This document shows positions 1 through 9,777 of a stretch of DNA of 64,000 bases, one piece after another. The stretch is from Myxococcota bacterium. GTDB taxonomy: Bacteria; Myxococcota_A; UBA9160; JAFDDA01. The translations under genes were made by a program, and so were the position numbers. Under the pieces are notes generated by a model. It was not told where the DNA came from and searched no databases. It worked only from the letters and a program-made list of their open reading frames with translations. The stretch spans positions 320,001 to 384,000 of the forward strand of contig OZ245817.1 in NCBI GenBank assembly GCA_965228475.1, given 5' to 3'. The stretch's first letter is position 1, and each line of letters opens with the position of its first letter.

Positions 1-692
1 GCGACGACGACCTCGAGCGCTTCACCCGCTACTTCGGCCCCTTCGGCGACGACCCGTTCTTCGGCCCGATCCCCGGCCGCGAGCACATCGCCGCGATCCG
101 CCGGGACGCCGACGAGACCCTGCCCGTCTTCGCCGAGGTCTGGCACACGGACTGGAGCTTCCAGGAGCGCCCGCCCCAGGGTACGTGCCTGTTCGGGATC
201 ACCATCCCGCCGAAGGGCGGCGACACCCTCTTCGCGAACCAGCACCGCGCGCTCGAGGACATGCCGCGCGCGCTGCGCGAACGGCTCGAAGGGAAGCAGG
301 CGATCCACAGCGCGAAGCTCGGCTACGGCCCGGATGGCGCGTACGGAGAAAAGGACCGGGCCGCCGGGCGCAGCATGGACATCCGCCCGTCGGAGGAAGC
401 GCTCGCCGAGCAGCGTCACCCGATCCTGCGGGCGCACCCCGAGACCGGGCGGCTCGGTGTCTTCGGTGCGCTCGGCTACATCGTCGGCATCGACGGCATG
501 CCGCAGGACGAGGCGTTCCCGCTCCTCCAGGAACTGTTGGCCTGGCAGACGCGCCCCGAGTTCCAGTACCGCCATGCCTGGCAGCCGAACATGCTCCTGC
601 TCTGGGACAACCGGAGCGTTCTCCACTCCGCCTCGGGCGGGTACGACGGCCACGATCGTCTGCTCCATCGCACGACGATCGGCGCCGGCTGA
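1..692 (+). CDS. TauD/TfdA family Fe(II)/2-oxoglutarate dioxygenase (5' truncated by window edge)
   Basis: Open frame from base 3 contains WHTDWSF (HxD), GGDTLFAN and WDNRSVLH...R, the TauD signatures. Confidence 0.9.
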   Translation, partial: DDDLERFTRYFGPFGDDPFFGPIPGREHIAAIRRDADETLPVFAEVWHTDWSFQERPPQGTCLFGITIPPKGGDTLFANQHRALEDMPRALRERLEGKQAIHSAKLGYGPDGAYGEKDRAAGRSMDIRPSEEALAEQRHPILRAHPETGRLGVFGALGYIVGIDGMPQDEAFPLLQELLAWQTRPEFQYRHAWQPNMLLLWDNRSVLHSASGGYDGHDRLLHRTTIGAG

Positions 693-725
693 GCCCTTGG
701 ACGAAGTCCGGCCGCGGAGATCCCC

Positions 726-1202
726 GTGAGCGAGAAAGCCGTCCCGGAGGGGCTCCGACGGGTGCTTCGCCCCGAGAGCGAGCGCCGCGTGATCCGGCGC
801 GGGCACCCCGTCGGCGACATCCTCGAGGCCTACGAGTGGGAGGTGATGGAACGCGGCCTGGGCCACCTGCGCGTCGCGGCGCACCTGCCCGCGGCCGTGT
901 GCAATCCGCGGGGACAGCTCTTCGGGGGCTTCACCGGGACCTACGTGGACTTCATGTCGCTCTTCACCTTCTGGGCGGGGCGCGAGCCGAGCGACGACGA
1001 GCCGCGCGCCTGGCTTGCCACCCTGAACATGCGCATCGATTACTTCCGCCCGGTCACGGGGCCGCGCTTCGAGATGGAAGGGCGCATCGTCCACCTGCGC
1101 GGCTCGACGGGCATGGTCGAGACGCGCTTCTTCGAGCCGGAGGCCGGGCCCGAGGCTTCGCCGCTCGTCTACGGCTACACGACGCTGAAGGCCACCGGGT
1201 GA
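726..1202 (+). CDS. PaaI family hotdog-fold thioesterase
   Basis: NPRGQLFGG...D motif and LNMRIDYFRPV. Confidence 0.8.
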   Translation: MSEKAVPEGLRRVLRPESERRVIRRGHPVGDILEAYEWEVMERGLGHLRVAAHLPAAVCNPRGQLFGGFTGTYVDFMSLFTFWAGREPSDDEPRAWLATLNMRIDYFRPVTGPRFEMEGRIVHLRGSTGMVETRFFEPEAGPEASPLVYGYTTLKATG

Positions 1203-1999
1203 GCGAGGAGTCGCCGTCTTCCTTCCACGCGCCCCGTGCGACGGCCGACCCGAAGCGTTTCGAACTCGCCGTCGAGCGGCACCTCTGCGTCGGCCCGCCC
1301 GAGCGCCAGTTCATGATGGGCGGCGTGGGGCTCGCTTCCGCCGTCTCGGCGATGGAGCGGGTGACCGGCCGCCCGCTCGTCTGGGCGACCGCGCAGTTCC
1401 TCGCGCCGGCGCTGCCCGGAGACGAGCTCGAGATCGAGGTGAGTGTCCCGGCCGCGGGCATCCAGGTGAGCCAGGCCCGCGCGACGGCGCGCAAGGGAGA
1501 GCGAGAGGTGATCGCGGTCGCCGCCGCGCTCGGCGCGCGCCAGGACGAGCGCGAGCGGCAGTTCGCCGAGATGCCCTCGGTTCCCGGGCCGGAAGCGTGC
1601 GACGAGGAGCTTCGCGAGGAGACGGACCTGCCCGACCTCTTCACGCGGCTCGAGCGGCGGCGCGTCGACGACCCGGAGGGGGAGGGCGCGGGCCGCGCGC
1701 GCATGTGGATGCGCACCCGTGAGGAAGAGCCGGTCACCGCCGGCCTGCTCGCGGTCTTCGCGGACTTCCTGCCCGGGGCGATCCCCGAGACGCGCGGCTC
1801 GAGCAGCCTCGACAACACGCTCCGGATCCACGGCCTGCGCCCGGCGCGCTGGTGCCTGCTCGACACCCGGATCCACGGCTTCGGCGCCGGGCTCTTCCAC
1901 GGCGAGACCCGGATCTTCGCCGCGGACGGGGCCCTGCTCGCGACGGCCAGTCAGAGCGGAGCGGTCGCCCGCAGCCGCCCCGCCGCGCCCGGCCGCTAG
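1199..1999 (+). CDS. Acyl-CoA thioesterase, double hotdog (TesB-like)
   Basis: GTG overlapping the upstream stop (GTGA); MGGVGLA, ATAQFL, SLDNTLRI, GALLATASQS. Confidence 0.8.
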   Translation: MSEESPSSFHAPRATADPKRFELAVERHLCVGPPERQFMMGGVGLASAVSAMERVTGRPLVWATAQFLAPALPGDELEIEVSVPAAGIQVSQARATARKGEREVIAVAAALGARQDERERQFAEMPSVPGPEACDEELREETDLPDLFTRLERRRVDDPEGEGAGRARMWMRTREEEPVTAGLLAVFADFLPGAIPETRGSSSLDNTLRIHGLRPARWCLLDTRIHGFGAGLFHGETRIFAADGALLATASQSGAVARSRPAAPGR

Positions 2000-2198
2000 C
2001 CGCCTGCTCCCCTCCTGCGCGCAGCCGTTGCGCAGGACGTCCTGCAAGGGCCCGCAGCACGGAGGCTGTTCGTTTCGAGGTGAAAAAACCTCAAGGGCTC
2101 CTGCGCGCTTCGACGAAAAGCAATGGTGATTCGACACAGTCCAGGGAAGGACTTGCCGTGATCCGCTTCACAACCGAGCCCGCCCCACGGACGTCCCG

Positions 2199-2882
2199 AT
2201 GCCCTTCCTCCAGAAAAGCTCCCTGCGCCTCGCCGTTCTCCTCGCGCTGGCTGCCACCGTCTCGACGGCGGCCGAGGCGCTGACCCTGAACGTCTCCTTC
2301 ACCCGCTCCACCTACGCGGTGCAGGCCGGCGATACCTACGCCGACCTCCTGGCCGAGCACAACGCCGGGCTCGTGCTCGGCGGCGGCGGGGTGACGAGCC
2401 TCGACGGCGTCTCGACCGCCGTCCACGCCCCGGGCAACACCAACGATTACAGCGTGCTGATGTCCGTGGATCTCGTGGCCGCCCAGTCCGGGAGCTACGA
2501 GTTCCAGGCCGGCGTCGACTGGGGCCGCGGGGGCATCGCGGCGGTCGTCAACAACACGACCTCGACCGTGATCTCGGAATACGTGCGCACCGACGACCTC
2601 TGGTGGGCCTACAACTGGAACCACGGCGACGTCTTCACGACCCAGGTGAACCTCGTCGCCGGCGAGTCCTACTCGATGGTCTGGATCGGTTTCGAGGGCT
2701 GCTGCGCCGGCTCGAGCACGATTCGCTTCGCCTTCGAAGGCGCGCCCTTCGCACCGATCACCGCAGCAGCCCTGGCGCCCCACGCGGCGGTGTCCGAGCC
2801 GGCCTTCGCCTGGTTCGTCGGGACGCTCGCCGTCCTCGCCGGGCCCGCCCGGCGGAAGATCCTGGCCCTCCGCCAGGGCTGA
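2199..2882 (+). CDS. Secreted PEP-CTERM-type protein with a CCxG motif (CCXG family-like)
   Basis: Signal peptide, GVDWGRGG, GFEGCCAG, C-terminal VSEP + hydrophobic segment + RRK. Confidence 0.7.
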   Translation: MPFLQKSSLRLAVLLALAATVSTAAEALTLNVSFTRSTYAVQAGDTYADLLAEHNAGLVLGGGGVTSLDGVSTAVHAPGNTNDYSVLMSVDLVAAQSGSYEFQAGVDWGRGGIAAVVNNTTSTVISEYVRTDDLWWAYNWNHGDVFTTQVNLVAGESYSMVWIGFEGCCAGSSTIRFAFEGAPFAPITAAALAPHAAVSEPAFAWFVGTLAVLAGPARRKILALRQG

Positions 2883-2984
2883 GCCGATCGCGCAAGAAAC
2901 GCTTCAAACGTCTGACATTTCGAGCGCTCTGCCACCACATCCTCCTACCCAGCCCCGAGAGCGGGCCGGGAGGAGGAAACAGGA

Positions 2985-3773
2985 ATGCGGATCCGGTCCC
3001 TGCTCGTCGCGCTAGCGCTTCTTTCGTCGATGACGGCGACGAGTGCGAAGGCCATGGTGATGTACGAGATCACCGGCGAGATGTTCGGCCAGTTCATTCC
3101 CGTCTCTTCGGACGCGGCGGCGGATCTGTTCGGCGTGCCGCGCGGCTCCGCCCTCGGCACCGTGGATGCGATCCTCCAGGTCGTCGTCGACCCGGCTTCG
3201 ATCCCCTTCATCGAGACGAACACGAGCATCGGACAGGAGGTCACGTACTTCGACGCGATCCTGGCCGCGCGGGTCGACATCAACGGCGTGGTCTTCGAGA
3301 CCACGCGCATGCCGACGGCCGGGACCCAGCAGAACGAGATCGAGGTGAACAACACGGTCGCGCCCAGTGGTCTCGACGCCGTCAACATCTTCTCGCAGAA
3401 CGGATTGAGCGACCTCTGGACGACGGAGACGGTTCCGTTCAATCAGACCGTCGGCGGTGTCTTCCTCGAGGACGCGATCGTCACCATCGCGAACTTCCAG
3501 GCCCTCTTCACCGGCATCGGGACGGGTTGGCTCGACGGATTCGGCCTGCCGGAGACGACCGCCGACTTCGCCGACATCACGGGGCTCGTGGCGAATCTCC
3601 AGTTCGGAATCGACCTCGGCCCCGGCCTGAGCCAGGGGTTCCTGCAGCTGACGATGACCCAGGGCGAGGTCACCGCGAGCCCCGCGACGGTGCCGGAGCC
3701 GGCCTTCGCCGGGTTCCTGCTCTCGGGCTTGGGCGCGCTGGCCTTCGTGCGGCGGCGAGGCGTCCGGGCCTAG
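2985..3773 (+). CDS. PEP-CTERM sorting domain protein
   Basis: Signal peptide (AKA), C-terminal VPEPAFAGFLLSGLGALAFVRRR; GGAGGAGG RBS-like sequence upstream. Confidence 0.85.
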   Translation: MRIRSLLVALALLSSMTATSAKAMVMYEITGEMFGQFIPVSSDAAADLFGVPRGSALGTVDAILQVVVDPASIPFIETNTSIGQEVTYFDAILAARVDINGVVFETTRMPTAGTQQNEIEVNNTVAPSGLDAVNIFSQNGLSDLWTTETVPFNQTVGGVFLEDAIVTIANFQALFTGIGTGWLDGFGLPETTADFADITGLVANLQFGIDLGPGLSQGFLQLTMTQGEVTASPATVPEPAFAGFLLSGLGALAFVRRRGVRA

Positions 3774-3779
3774 GCCGGA

Positions 3780-4244
3780 TCAGCTCGGCTGGAAGATCTC
3801 GCCGCAGCGGCCGCAGTGGAAGGATTCCTCCCAGCGCCGCAGGGCCGGCTCGAAGACCTCCCGGTTGTATCGGCCGTGGCTCGCTGCGCGCCGGATCGCC
3901 AGGAAACCGAAGGCAGCCCAGGCGGCGACGGTCACCTGGCCGACGCTCGACGGCGACATCTCGGTCATCCCGCTCACGACCATCCCGAGGACGAAGCCCG
4001 CGAAGGCGGCGAGAAGCAGTCCGACGACGCCCGCCATGAAGGGGTCTTTCGGCTCGGGGGGCGCGAGCTTCTGCGCCAGCGTGGAGCTTCCCGTCGTCGC
4101 GGTGCGGCTCGTCCCGGTGACCCGGTCCGTCGAGTACGGGCGCTTCATCTCGATCTGCGAGGAGGAATCCTCCCGGTAGGTGCCTTCGTCGACCAGCAGG
4201 CTCACTCGCTTCGTGTTCTCGGAATCGCACTTCGGGCAGCGCAC
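3780..4244 (-). CDS. Hypothetical membrane protein with N- and C-terminal CxxC pairs (split zinc ribbon)
   Basis: GTG start after GGAGGAG; CPKC ... two hydrophobic helices ... CGRC. Confidence 0.6.
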   Translation of the reverse strand: MRCPKCDSENTKRVSLLVDEGTYREDSSSQIEMKRPYSTDRVTGTSRTATTGSSTLAQKLAPPEPKDPFMAGVVGLLLAAFAGFVLGMVVSGMTEMSPSSVGQVTVAAWAAFGFLAIRRAASHGRYNREVFEPALRRWEESFHCGRCGEIFQPS

Positions 4245-4365
4245 GGTGGGCTCCTCCCGGCGCACAGATTCCCCCAATCGAACGGGCCGAGCAAGCGCGA
4301 GAGCCCGTCGGGGCCCTTCCCATCGGTGGTATTCTCGGGCCGGTTCCTGAGAGCGAGGAGATCCG

Positions 4366-4926
4366 ATGCCCGCGTTTCCGCGAGACGAGATGGAAGAGAT
4401 GGTTCGCCGCTGGGTCGCCGCGAACGACGAATCGGGTCGCACCGGTGACTGGTCCAGGATGTCGCAGTTCTACACCGAGGACGCCGTCTACAGCTGGACG
4501 ACCGGGCCGAACACGGAGTTCGTCGCGAAGGGCCGCAAGCAGATCCACGAGTGGGCCTTCGGGACGGAGATGGCCGGGCTCGAGCACTGGACCTACCCCT
4601 ACGTCCGCACGCTGATCGACGATCAGAAGGGCGAGTTCCTCGGCTTCTGGCGCCAGGTCGCGCCGGTGAAGAACCCCGAGGGAGTCCCCTACGAGATCCG
4701 CGGCACGGGGGGCTCGTGGTTCCGCTACGCCGGCGATTTCAAGTGGAGCTGGCAGCGCGACTTCTTCGACCACGGCTGCGCGGGCGCCGTCTTCCTCGAG
4801 ATGGCGAAGAACGGCCAGCTCACCGAAAAGATGACCGAGCGCATGAAGAAGGGCTCGAAGATGCCGGGCTGGGTCCGCGCGCACGAGTTCGACTGGTTCT
4901 CGACGATCGAAGACATCGAAGGCTGA
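4366..4926 (+). CDS. NTF2/SnoaL-like protein
   Basis: FYTEDAVYSW, aromatic-rich SnoaL-like pattern, QRDFFD. Confidence 0.75.
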   Translation: MPAFPRDEMEEMVRRWVAANDESGRTGDWSRMSQFYTEDAVYSWTTGPNTEFVAKGRKQIHEWAFGTEMAGLEHWTYPYVRTLIDDQKGEFLGFWRQVAPVKNPEGVPYEIRGTGGSWFRYAGDFKWSWQRDFFDHGCAGAVFLEMAKNGQLTEKMTERMKKGSKMPGWVRAHEFDWFSTIEDIEG

Positions 4927-4939
4927 GCCCCCGCGCGCG

Positions 4940-6250
4940 ATGACCCTCCGCAGCGACTACGCGGGCCCCTTCGACCCGGATGTGAAGCTCGCGGACTTCT
5001 CGCGCGAGTTCCTCGTCGGGCTCGGCCACGAGTACCTGCTGATCGGCCATCTCTTCGACCGCGTCGCGCAGCCACTCGTGGCGATGGAGCACGGCGCGGA
5101 GGGCTACGTCCGCTCGGCGATCGAGGAGTGGATGGGCGCCAGCCCGGTCTACTCGAAGCGCATGCAGCGGCTGATGCACTTCGAAGGCGACGACGTCGAG
5201 ACGGTCTTCAAGAATCTCCAGCTCGAGATCGGCTCGCCCCAGCAGTTCATGGACTTCCAGTTCCGGCTCGACTCGCCCCGCTACGGAGAGTTCTGGCTCA
5301 GCCACTGTGGGGCCCTCCTCGACGTGGAGCCCCACGGTGAGAAGGGCGTGCGCCTCATGTGTCACGACATCGAGGACCCGACCTTCGATGCGACGGCCGC
5401 GGCGACGCACCCGCAGATGGTCATGCGGCCGATCCATCGCCCGCCGCGTATCGAGGGCGCCGAGGGGAACGGGGCAGGCCGCTGGCCCCACTGCCGTTGG
5501 CAGGTCTTCATCGGCGAAGAGAACGCCGACTACGAGCAGCACCCGAACCTCGAACGCGTTCGCGCCTCCCGCCTCGCGGCGATCCCACTGGAGCTGCCCG
5601 AGGGCGATGCCGAGCCCGGCGGCTGGCCGGACTACGCCGGGCCCTTCGACCCGGGTTGCCAGCTCGCGGACTTCTCGCACCGTGCCCTCGTCGGGCTGCT
5701 GCAGGAGTTCGGCGTTCAGGCCCACCTGCTCGCGCGCTCCTACGCGATGAGCCAGCACGATCACTACGGTGCGGAGGCGGCGCGGGAGTTCGTCCGGCGG
5801 GCGTGGATCGGACATGCCGCACTCGCGGCCGAGCGCTTGCGGAAGTATCTCGGCGATCCCGGCGACGGGATCGAGGCGGTTGCCAAGCTGCTGCAGCTCC
5901 ACCCGAACTTCCAGCCGCGAAGCTACGTGGATCTTCGCGTCGAGCTGCGCGGCGAGGAACGCGCCCGGGTCTCCATCGGCGAGTGCCCCGCCCTCGAGGA
6001 AGGGGACGATCTCGCCTGCTTCGCGCAGCTCGGAGCGGAACCCCACGCGGCGTTCGACGCGCTCGTCCAGCGGGTGAACCCGCGCGCCCGGTTCGAGCCC
6101 GCCGAAGACCGGGAGGGCCGCCGCCTCGCCTGGGACGTCGTGATCGCCCCGGACGCCGCGCCCGCCGCCGAGCCTCCGGAGCTCGCCCTCGCTGGCATGA
6201 GCCGCGGAATGACGTTCCGTTTCGAGAAGCGCCGGCTCCTTCGGGCCTGA
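4940..6250 (+). CDS. Hypothetical protein built from two homologous halves
   Basis: DYAGPFDP-x3-LADFS occurs twice; strong GC3 codon bias; operon-like spacing. Confidence 0.7.
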   Translation: MTLRSDYAGPFDPDVKLADFSREFLVGLGHEYLLIGHLFDRVAQPLVAMEHGAEGYVRSAIEEWMGASPVYSKRMQRLMHFEGDDVETVFKNLQLEIGSPQQFMDFQFRLDSPRYGEFWLSHCGALLDVEPHGEKGVRLMCHDIEDPTFDATAAATHPQMVMRPIHRPPRIEGAEGNGAGRWPHCRWQVFIGEENADYEQHPNLERVRASRLAAIPLELPEGDAEPGGWPDYAGPFDPGCQLADFSHRALVGLLQEFGVQAHLLARSYAMSQHDHYGAEAAREFVRRAWIGHAALAAERLRKYLGDPGDGIEAVAKLLQLHPNFQPRSYVDLRVELRGEERARVSIGECPALEEGDDLACFAQLGAEPHAAFDALVQRVNPRARFEPAEDREGRRLAWDVVIAPDAAPAAEPPELALAGMSRGMTFRFEKRRLLRA

Positions 6251-6312
6251 GGCCCCGCTCGAACGGCGTTCATGGTAAGAAGGCAGCGCGCCCCGCAAGC
6301 CAAGGAGCCACG

Positions 6313-7515
6313 ATGAGCGATCTCGGATACGAGGTCTTCGACTCGGACCACCACTACTACGAGGCGGAGGACGCTTTCACCCGCCACGTCGATCGGCGGA
6401 TGCAGAGCCGTGCGATGCAGTGGGCCGAGGTCAACGGACGCAAACGCCTGCTCGTGGCGGGCAAGGTGAACCGCTTCATCCCGAACCCGACCTTCGATCC
6501 GGTGGCGCGGCCCGGCTGTCTCGACGAGTTCTTCCGGGGGCGAAACCCGGAGGGGAAGAGCGTCGCCGAGCTCTTCGGCTCCCTCGAGCCCCTGCCCCGG
6601 GAGTATCACGACCGCGACGCCCGCATCGCCCAGCTCGACGCCCAGAAGGTCGGTGGCGCGATGCTGTTCCCGACCCTCGGCGTCGGCATGCAGGAGAGTC
6701 TGCGCCACGACCCGGAGGCCGCCTGCGCGGCGTTCGGAGGCTTCAACCGCTGGCTCGAGGACGACTGGGGCTACGCCTACGAAGGAAGGCTCTTCGCCGC
6801 GCCGTATTTCTCGCTGATGGACCCCGCGTGGGCGGAGCGCGAACTCGAGCGGGTCCTCGCGGCCGGCGCCCGCGTGCTCTCGATGGTGCCGGGCCCCGTG
6901 CCCGAAGGGAGCGGAAGCCGTTCGCTCGGCGACCCGCGCTACGACGGTTTCTGGGCGCGCGTGGGCGAGGCGGGCGTTCCCGTGGCCTTCCATTCGGGCG
7001 ACGCGGGCTATCGCATGTTCCTCGAGGCCTGGGGCGGCGAGCGGGAGTTCCGGGCCTTCGCCTTCGACAGTCTGCAGGGGTGCCTCTCCGCCGAACCCAT
7101 CCACGATACGCTCGCGGCGCTCATCTGCCACGGGGTCTTCGAACGGCATCCGGGGGTGCGCGTGGCGACGATCGAGTGCGGGAGCGCCTGGGCCGAGGGC
7201 CTCGCGCGCAAGCTCCGCAAGGCCTACGGCCAGATGCCGATGGCCTTCGCAAAGGACCCCCTCGAGCAGCTCCGCGACCACGTCTCGATCGCGCCCTACT
7301 ACGAGGACGACATCGCGGGCCTGCGGGACCTGATCGGCGCCGAACGCGTTCTGTTCGGTTCGGACTTTCCCCACGCCGAAGGTCTGCGGGCGCCCCTCGA
7401 CTTCGTCGAGGACCTCGAAGGCTTCGCCGCTCCCGACGTGCGGCGCATCATGCACGACAACGGGTGGAGCCTCGTCGGTGAAGCTCCGGCCAGTGAAGGG
7501 GAGGGGGCGCGATGA
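6313..7515 (+). CDS. Amidohydrolase_2 family protein
   Basis: FDSDHHYYE, FPTLG, VAFH, FGSDFPHAEG; AAGGAG RBS. Confidence 0.9.
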   Translation: MSDLGYEVFDSDHHYYEAEDAFTRHVDRRMQSRAMQWAEVNGRKRLLVAGKVNRFIPNPTFDPVARPGCLDEFFRGRNPEGKSVAELFGSLEPLPREYHDRDARIAQLDAQKVGGAMLFPTLGVGMQESLRHDPEAACAAFGGFNRWLEDDWGYAYEGRLFAAPYFSLMDPAWAERELERVLAAGARVLSMVPGPVPEGSGSRSLGDPRYDGFWARVGEAGVPVAFHSGDAGYRMFLEAWGGEREFRAFAFDSLQGCLSAEPIHDTLAALICHGVFERHPGVRVATIECGSAWAEGLARKLRKAYGQMPMAFAKDPLEQLRDHVSIAPYYEDDIAGLRDLIGAERVLFGSDFPHAEGLRAPLDFVEDLEGFAAPDVRRIMHDNGWSLVGEAPASEGEGAR

Positions 7516-8276
7516 AGCCGGTCTGTCTGGTACTCGGAGCCGGGGCGGGAATCGGTGGCACCGTGGGCCGGCGTTTCGCGAAGGAAGGCTATCACGCCGT
7601 TCTGTGCCGCCGGAGCGACCAGGAGGGTCTCGACGCCCTCGTCGGACAGATCGAGGCCGACGGCGGCTCGGCCACGGGCTTCCTGCTCGACGCCGCCCAG
7701 CCCGACACCATCGAAGACCGCATCGCCGACGTCGAAGCGGCGATCGGGCCGATCGAGGTGCTCGTCTTCAACCTGGGCGCGCAGATCGGTGACCGCAATC
7801 TCGCCTCGACTTCCTACAAGGCCTTCGAGCTGGGCTGGCGCCTCGCGACCTTCGCGCTCTTCCGGGCCGCATCGGCGCTCTGCCCCCGCATGGAGGAGCG
7901 CGGGAAGGGCACGATCCTCGTGACCTCCGCCACCGCCGCGGTGCGCGGCAACGCCGGTCAGCACTCCCACGCGGCGGCGATGGGGGGCCGTCGCATGCTC
8001 TGCCAGACGCTGAACGCGGAGTTCTCGCCGAAGGGCATCCACGTCGCGCACATCCTCGTCGACGGCGCCGTCGATGCGCCGGACACGCTCGGGAAGATGC
8101 TCGGCGCCGAGAACTTCCAGAAGCTTCGCGAAGCGCGCGGCCTCGAGAACGACGGCCTGCTGCTCCCCGAGAAGATGGCCGAGACCTACCTGCACCTCGC
8201 GCAGCAGCACCGCTCGGTCTGGACGCACGAACTCGATCTGCGTTCCTTCACCGACCGCCCGTGGTGGAACCACTGA
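7512..8276 (+). CDS. Short-chain dehydrogenase/reductase
   Basis: GAGAGIG Rossmann motif, VFNLG, GIHVAHILVDG, WTHELDLR. Confidence 0.85.
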   Translation: MKPVCLVLGAGAGIGGTVGRRFAKEGYHAVLCRRSDQEGLDALVGQIEADGGSATGFLLDAAQPDTIEDRIADVEAAIGPIEVLVFNLGAQIGDRNLASTSYKAFELGWRLATFALFRAASALCPRMEERGKGTILVTSATAAVRGNAGQHSHAAAMGGRRMLCQTLNAEFSPKGIHVAHILVDGAVDAPDTLGKMLGAENFQKLREARGLENDGLLLPEKMAETYLHLAQQHRSVWTHELDLRSFTDRPWWNH

Positions 8277-8289
8277 GCCGGCGGCCGCG

Positions 8290-9003
8290 CTAGACGTACC
8301 GCCCGTACACCCCGACGCGTTCCTGGACGCGCTCGGCGTAGGCCTTCAGCCGGGGGTACTCCTCGGCGAGGGTCGTGATCCAGGTGGCCGGCTGGTTGTC
8401 GTAGAGCCCGGCCAGAAGCCCGGCAACGGCGAAGTCGTGGACGTTCGGTTCGCTGCCGAGCAGGAAACCGTCGCCCTCGGCCGCGGCCTGAAGCGCCGCG
8501 AGATCCCTCCGCGCGAAGCCGCGCTGCTCCTCGAGGGTGTGGCGCCCGAGGCCGTGGAGCTGGTAGGTCTGCCGGACCTGCCGCCGGGCCAGGCGCGTCA
8601 CGAGGGGCCGGATTGGCGCCGGGAAGCCACCGAAGAATCCGTCGACGACGTTCGGCCACCATGCGTCGTCGAGCCAGCGGCTCGCGACCATCAGCCAATA
8701 GAGATGGTCTTCGGCGAGGCGCGTGTAGGCGAGCCCGCGCGCCTTCTGCTCTTCGCTCAGATCCTTGTACACCTGCCCCTGCGTGATGCCGTCGAGGTAC
8801 TCGACGATGAGCTCCGAGTCCGGCATCCGCTCGCCGTCGACGATCAGGTACGGGAGTTTGCCCTTGGGCGCCTTGCGCGGGTCGCCCTCCTCGGCCATGT
8901 CGAACTCGAGGCCGAGGGAAGTCAGCAGCATCTCGATCTTCAGGCAGAACGGGCTGATGTTGCGCATGCCGAAGGCCGGCGGGAGCGTGACGAGACGAAT
9001 CAT
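8290..9003 (-). CDS. Glutathione S-transferase family protein (metaxin/FAX-like)
   Basis: SPFCLKIE, APKGKLPY, DSELIVEYL. Confidence 0.85.
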   Translation of the reverse strand: MIRLVTLPPAFGMRNISPFCLKIEMLLTSLGLEFDMAEEGDPRKAPKGKLPYLIVDGERMPDSELIVEYLDGITQGQVYKDLSEEQKARGLAYTRLAEDHLYWLMVASRWLDDAWWPNVVDGFFGGFPAPIRPLVTRLARRQVRQTYQLHGLGRHTLEEQRGFARRDLAALQAAAEGDGFLLGSEPNVHDFAVAGLLAGLYDNQPATWITTLAEEYPRLKAYAERVQERVGVYGRYV

Positions 9004-9069
9004 GTCTTTCTCCTCGGTCGAAGGTTTCGGGCTGCGGGAGCATGCCACGCTCCTGCTGACAGCCTCGTG

Positions 9070-9732
9070 TCAGGAGCCATCCCGCCGGCGGCCGAGCATG
9101 ACGGCGTGCCGCCGGCCGCCGCGCCCCGGCCGGAAGCGCGAGACCTCGAAGTGGGCCTTGCGCAGGCGGTTCTCGAAGGCGGCGTCCGGATCCTCGGCCC
9201 ACACGGCGAAGACGCCGCCGGGCGCCAGGGCCGCCCGCGTGCGATGGATCGCTTCGCTTCCGTAGAAGGGGTCCTTGCGCGGTGTCTTCGCGTGGGGGCC
9301 TTCGTAGAGGTCGAGCAGGATCGCATCGAGGCCGCGGCTGGTTCCGATGGTGCGGGCGACGTCCTCCTGGCGGACCGTCGCGCGCGGGTCCTCGAGACAG
9401 GCGCCGTTCACCGCGGCGAGCGGCCCGCGGCACCACTCGACGACGACCGGGTTCAGCTCCGCGACCTCGACGCTCGCCGAGTCCGGGAGCGAGGCCAGGG
9501 CCGCCTGCAAGGTGATGCCCATGCCGAGGCCGCCGATCAGGACGCGCGGGGCCGGACGTTCGGCGACGGCCGCACAGCCGCGCTCGGCGAGCGCGCGCTC
9601 GGAGAGGCTGTTGTGGCTGTTCATGAGGATGCGGCCGCCGATGCAGATCAGATACTCGTCGCCGCGTTGGCGCAGTTCGAGCTCGCCGTCCGGGGTGGCA
9701 CGGCGCTCGAGCACCTTCCAGGGGAGGGCCAC
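9070..9732 (-). CDS. Spermidine synthase-like SAM-dependent methyltransferase fold protein
   Basis: ILMNS, VLIGGLGMG, VAELNP, DAILLD. Confidence 0.8.
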   Translation of the reverse strand: MALPWKVLERRATPDGELELRQRGDEYLICIGGRILMNSHNSLSERALAERGCAAVAERPAPRVLIGGLGMGITLQAALASLPDSASVEVAELNPVVVEWCRGPLAAVNGACLEDPRATVRQEDVARTIGTSRGLDAILLDLYEGPHAKTPRKDPFYGSEAIHRTRAALAPGGVFAVWAEDPDAAFENRLRKAHFEVSRFRPGRGGRRHAVMLGRRRDGS

Positions 9733-9777
9733 GCTAGCGCGTCGCCTCGGCGGGCGTGCGGCCGGTCTCGACGGAAA

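Noticed and set aside
2000..2198. Shared upstream motif for the PEP-CTERM genes
   Set aside because: Only short partial matches (e.g. TTCGACAC/TCCGACAC) and no consistent alignment across the eight genes
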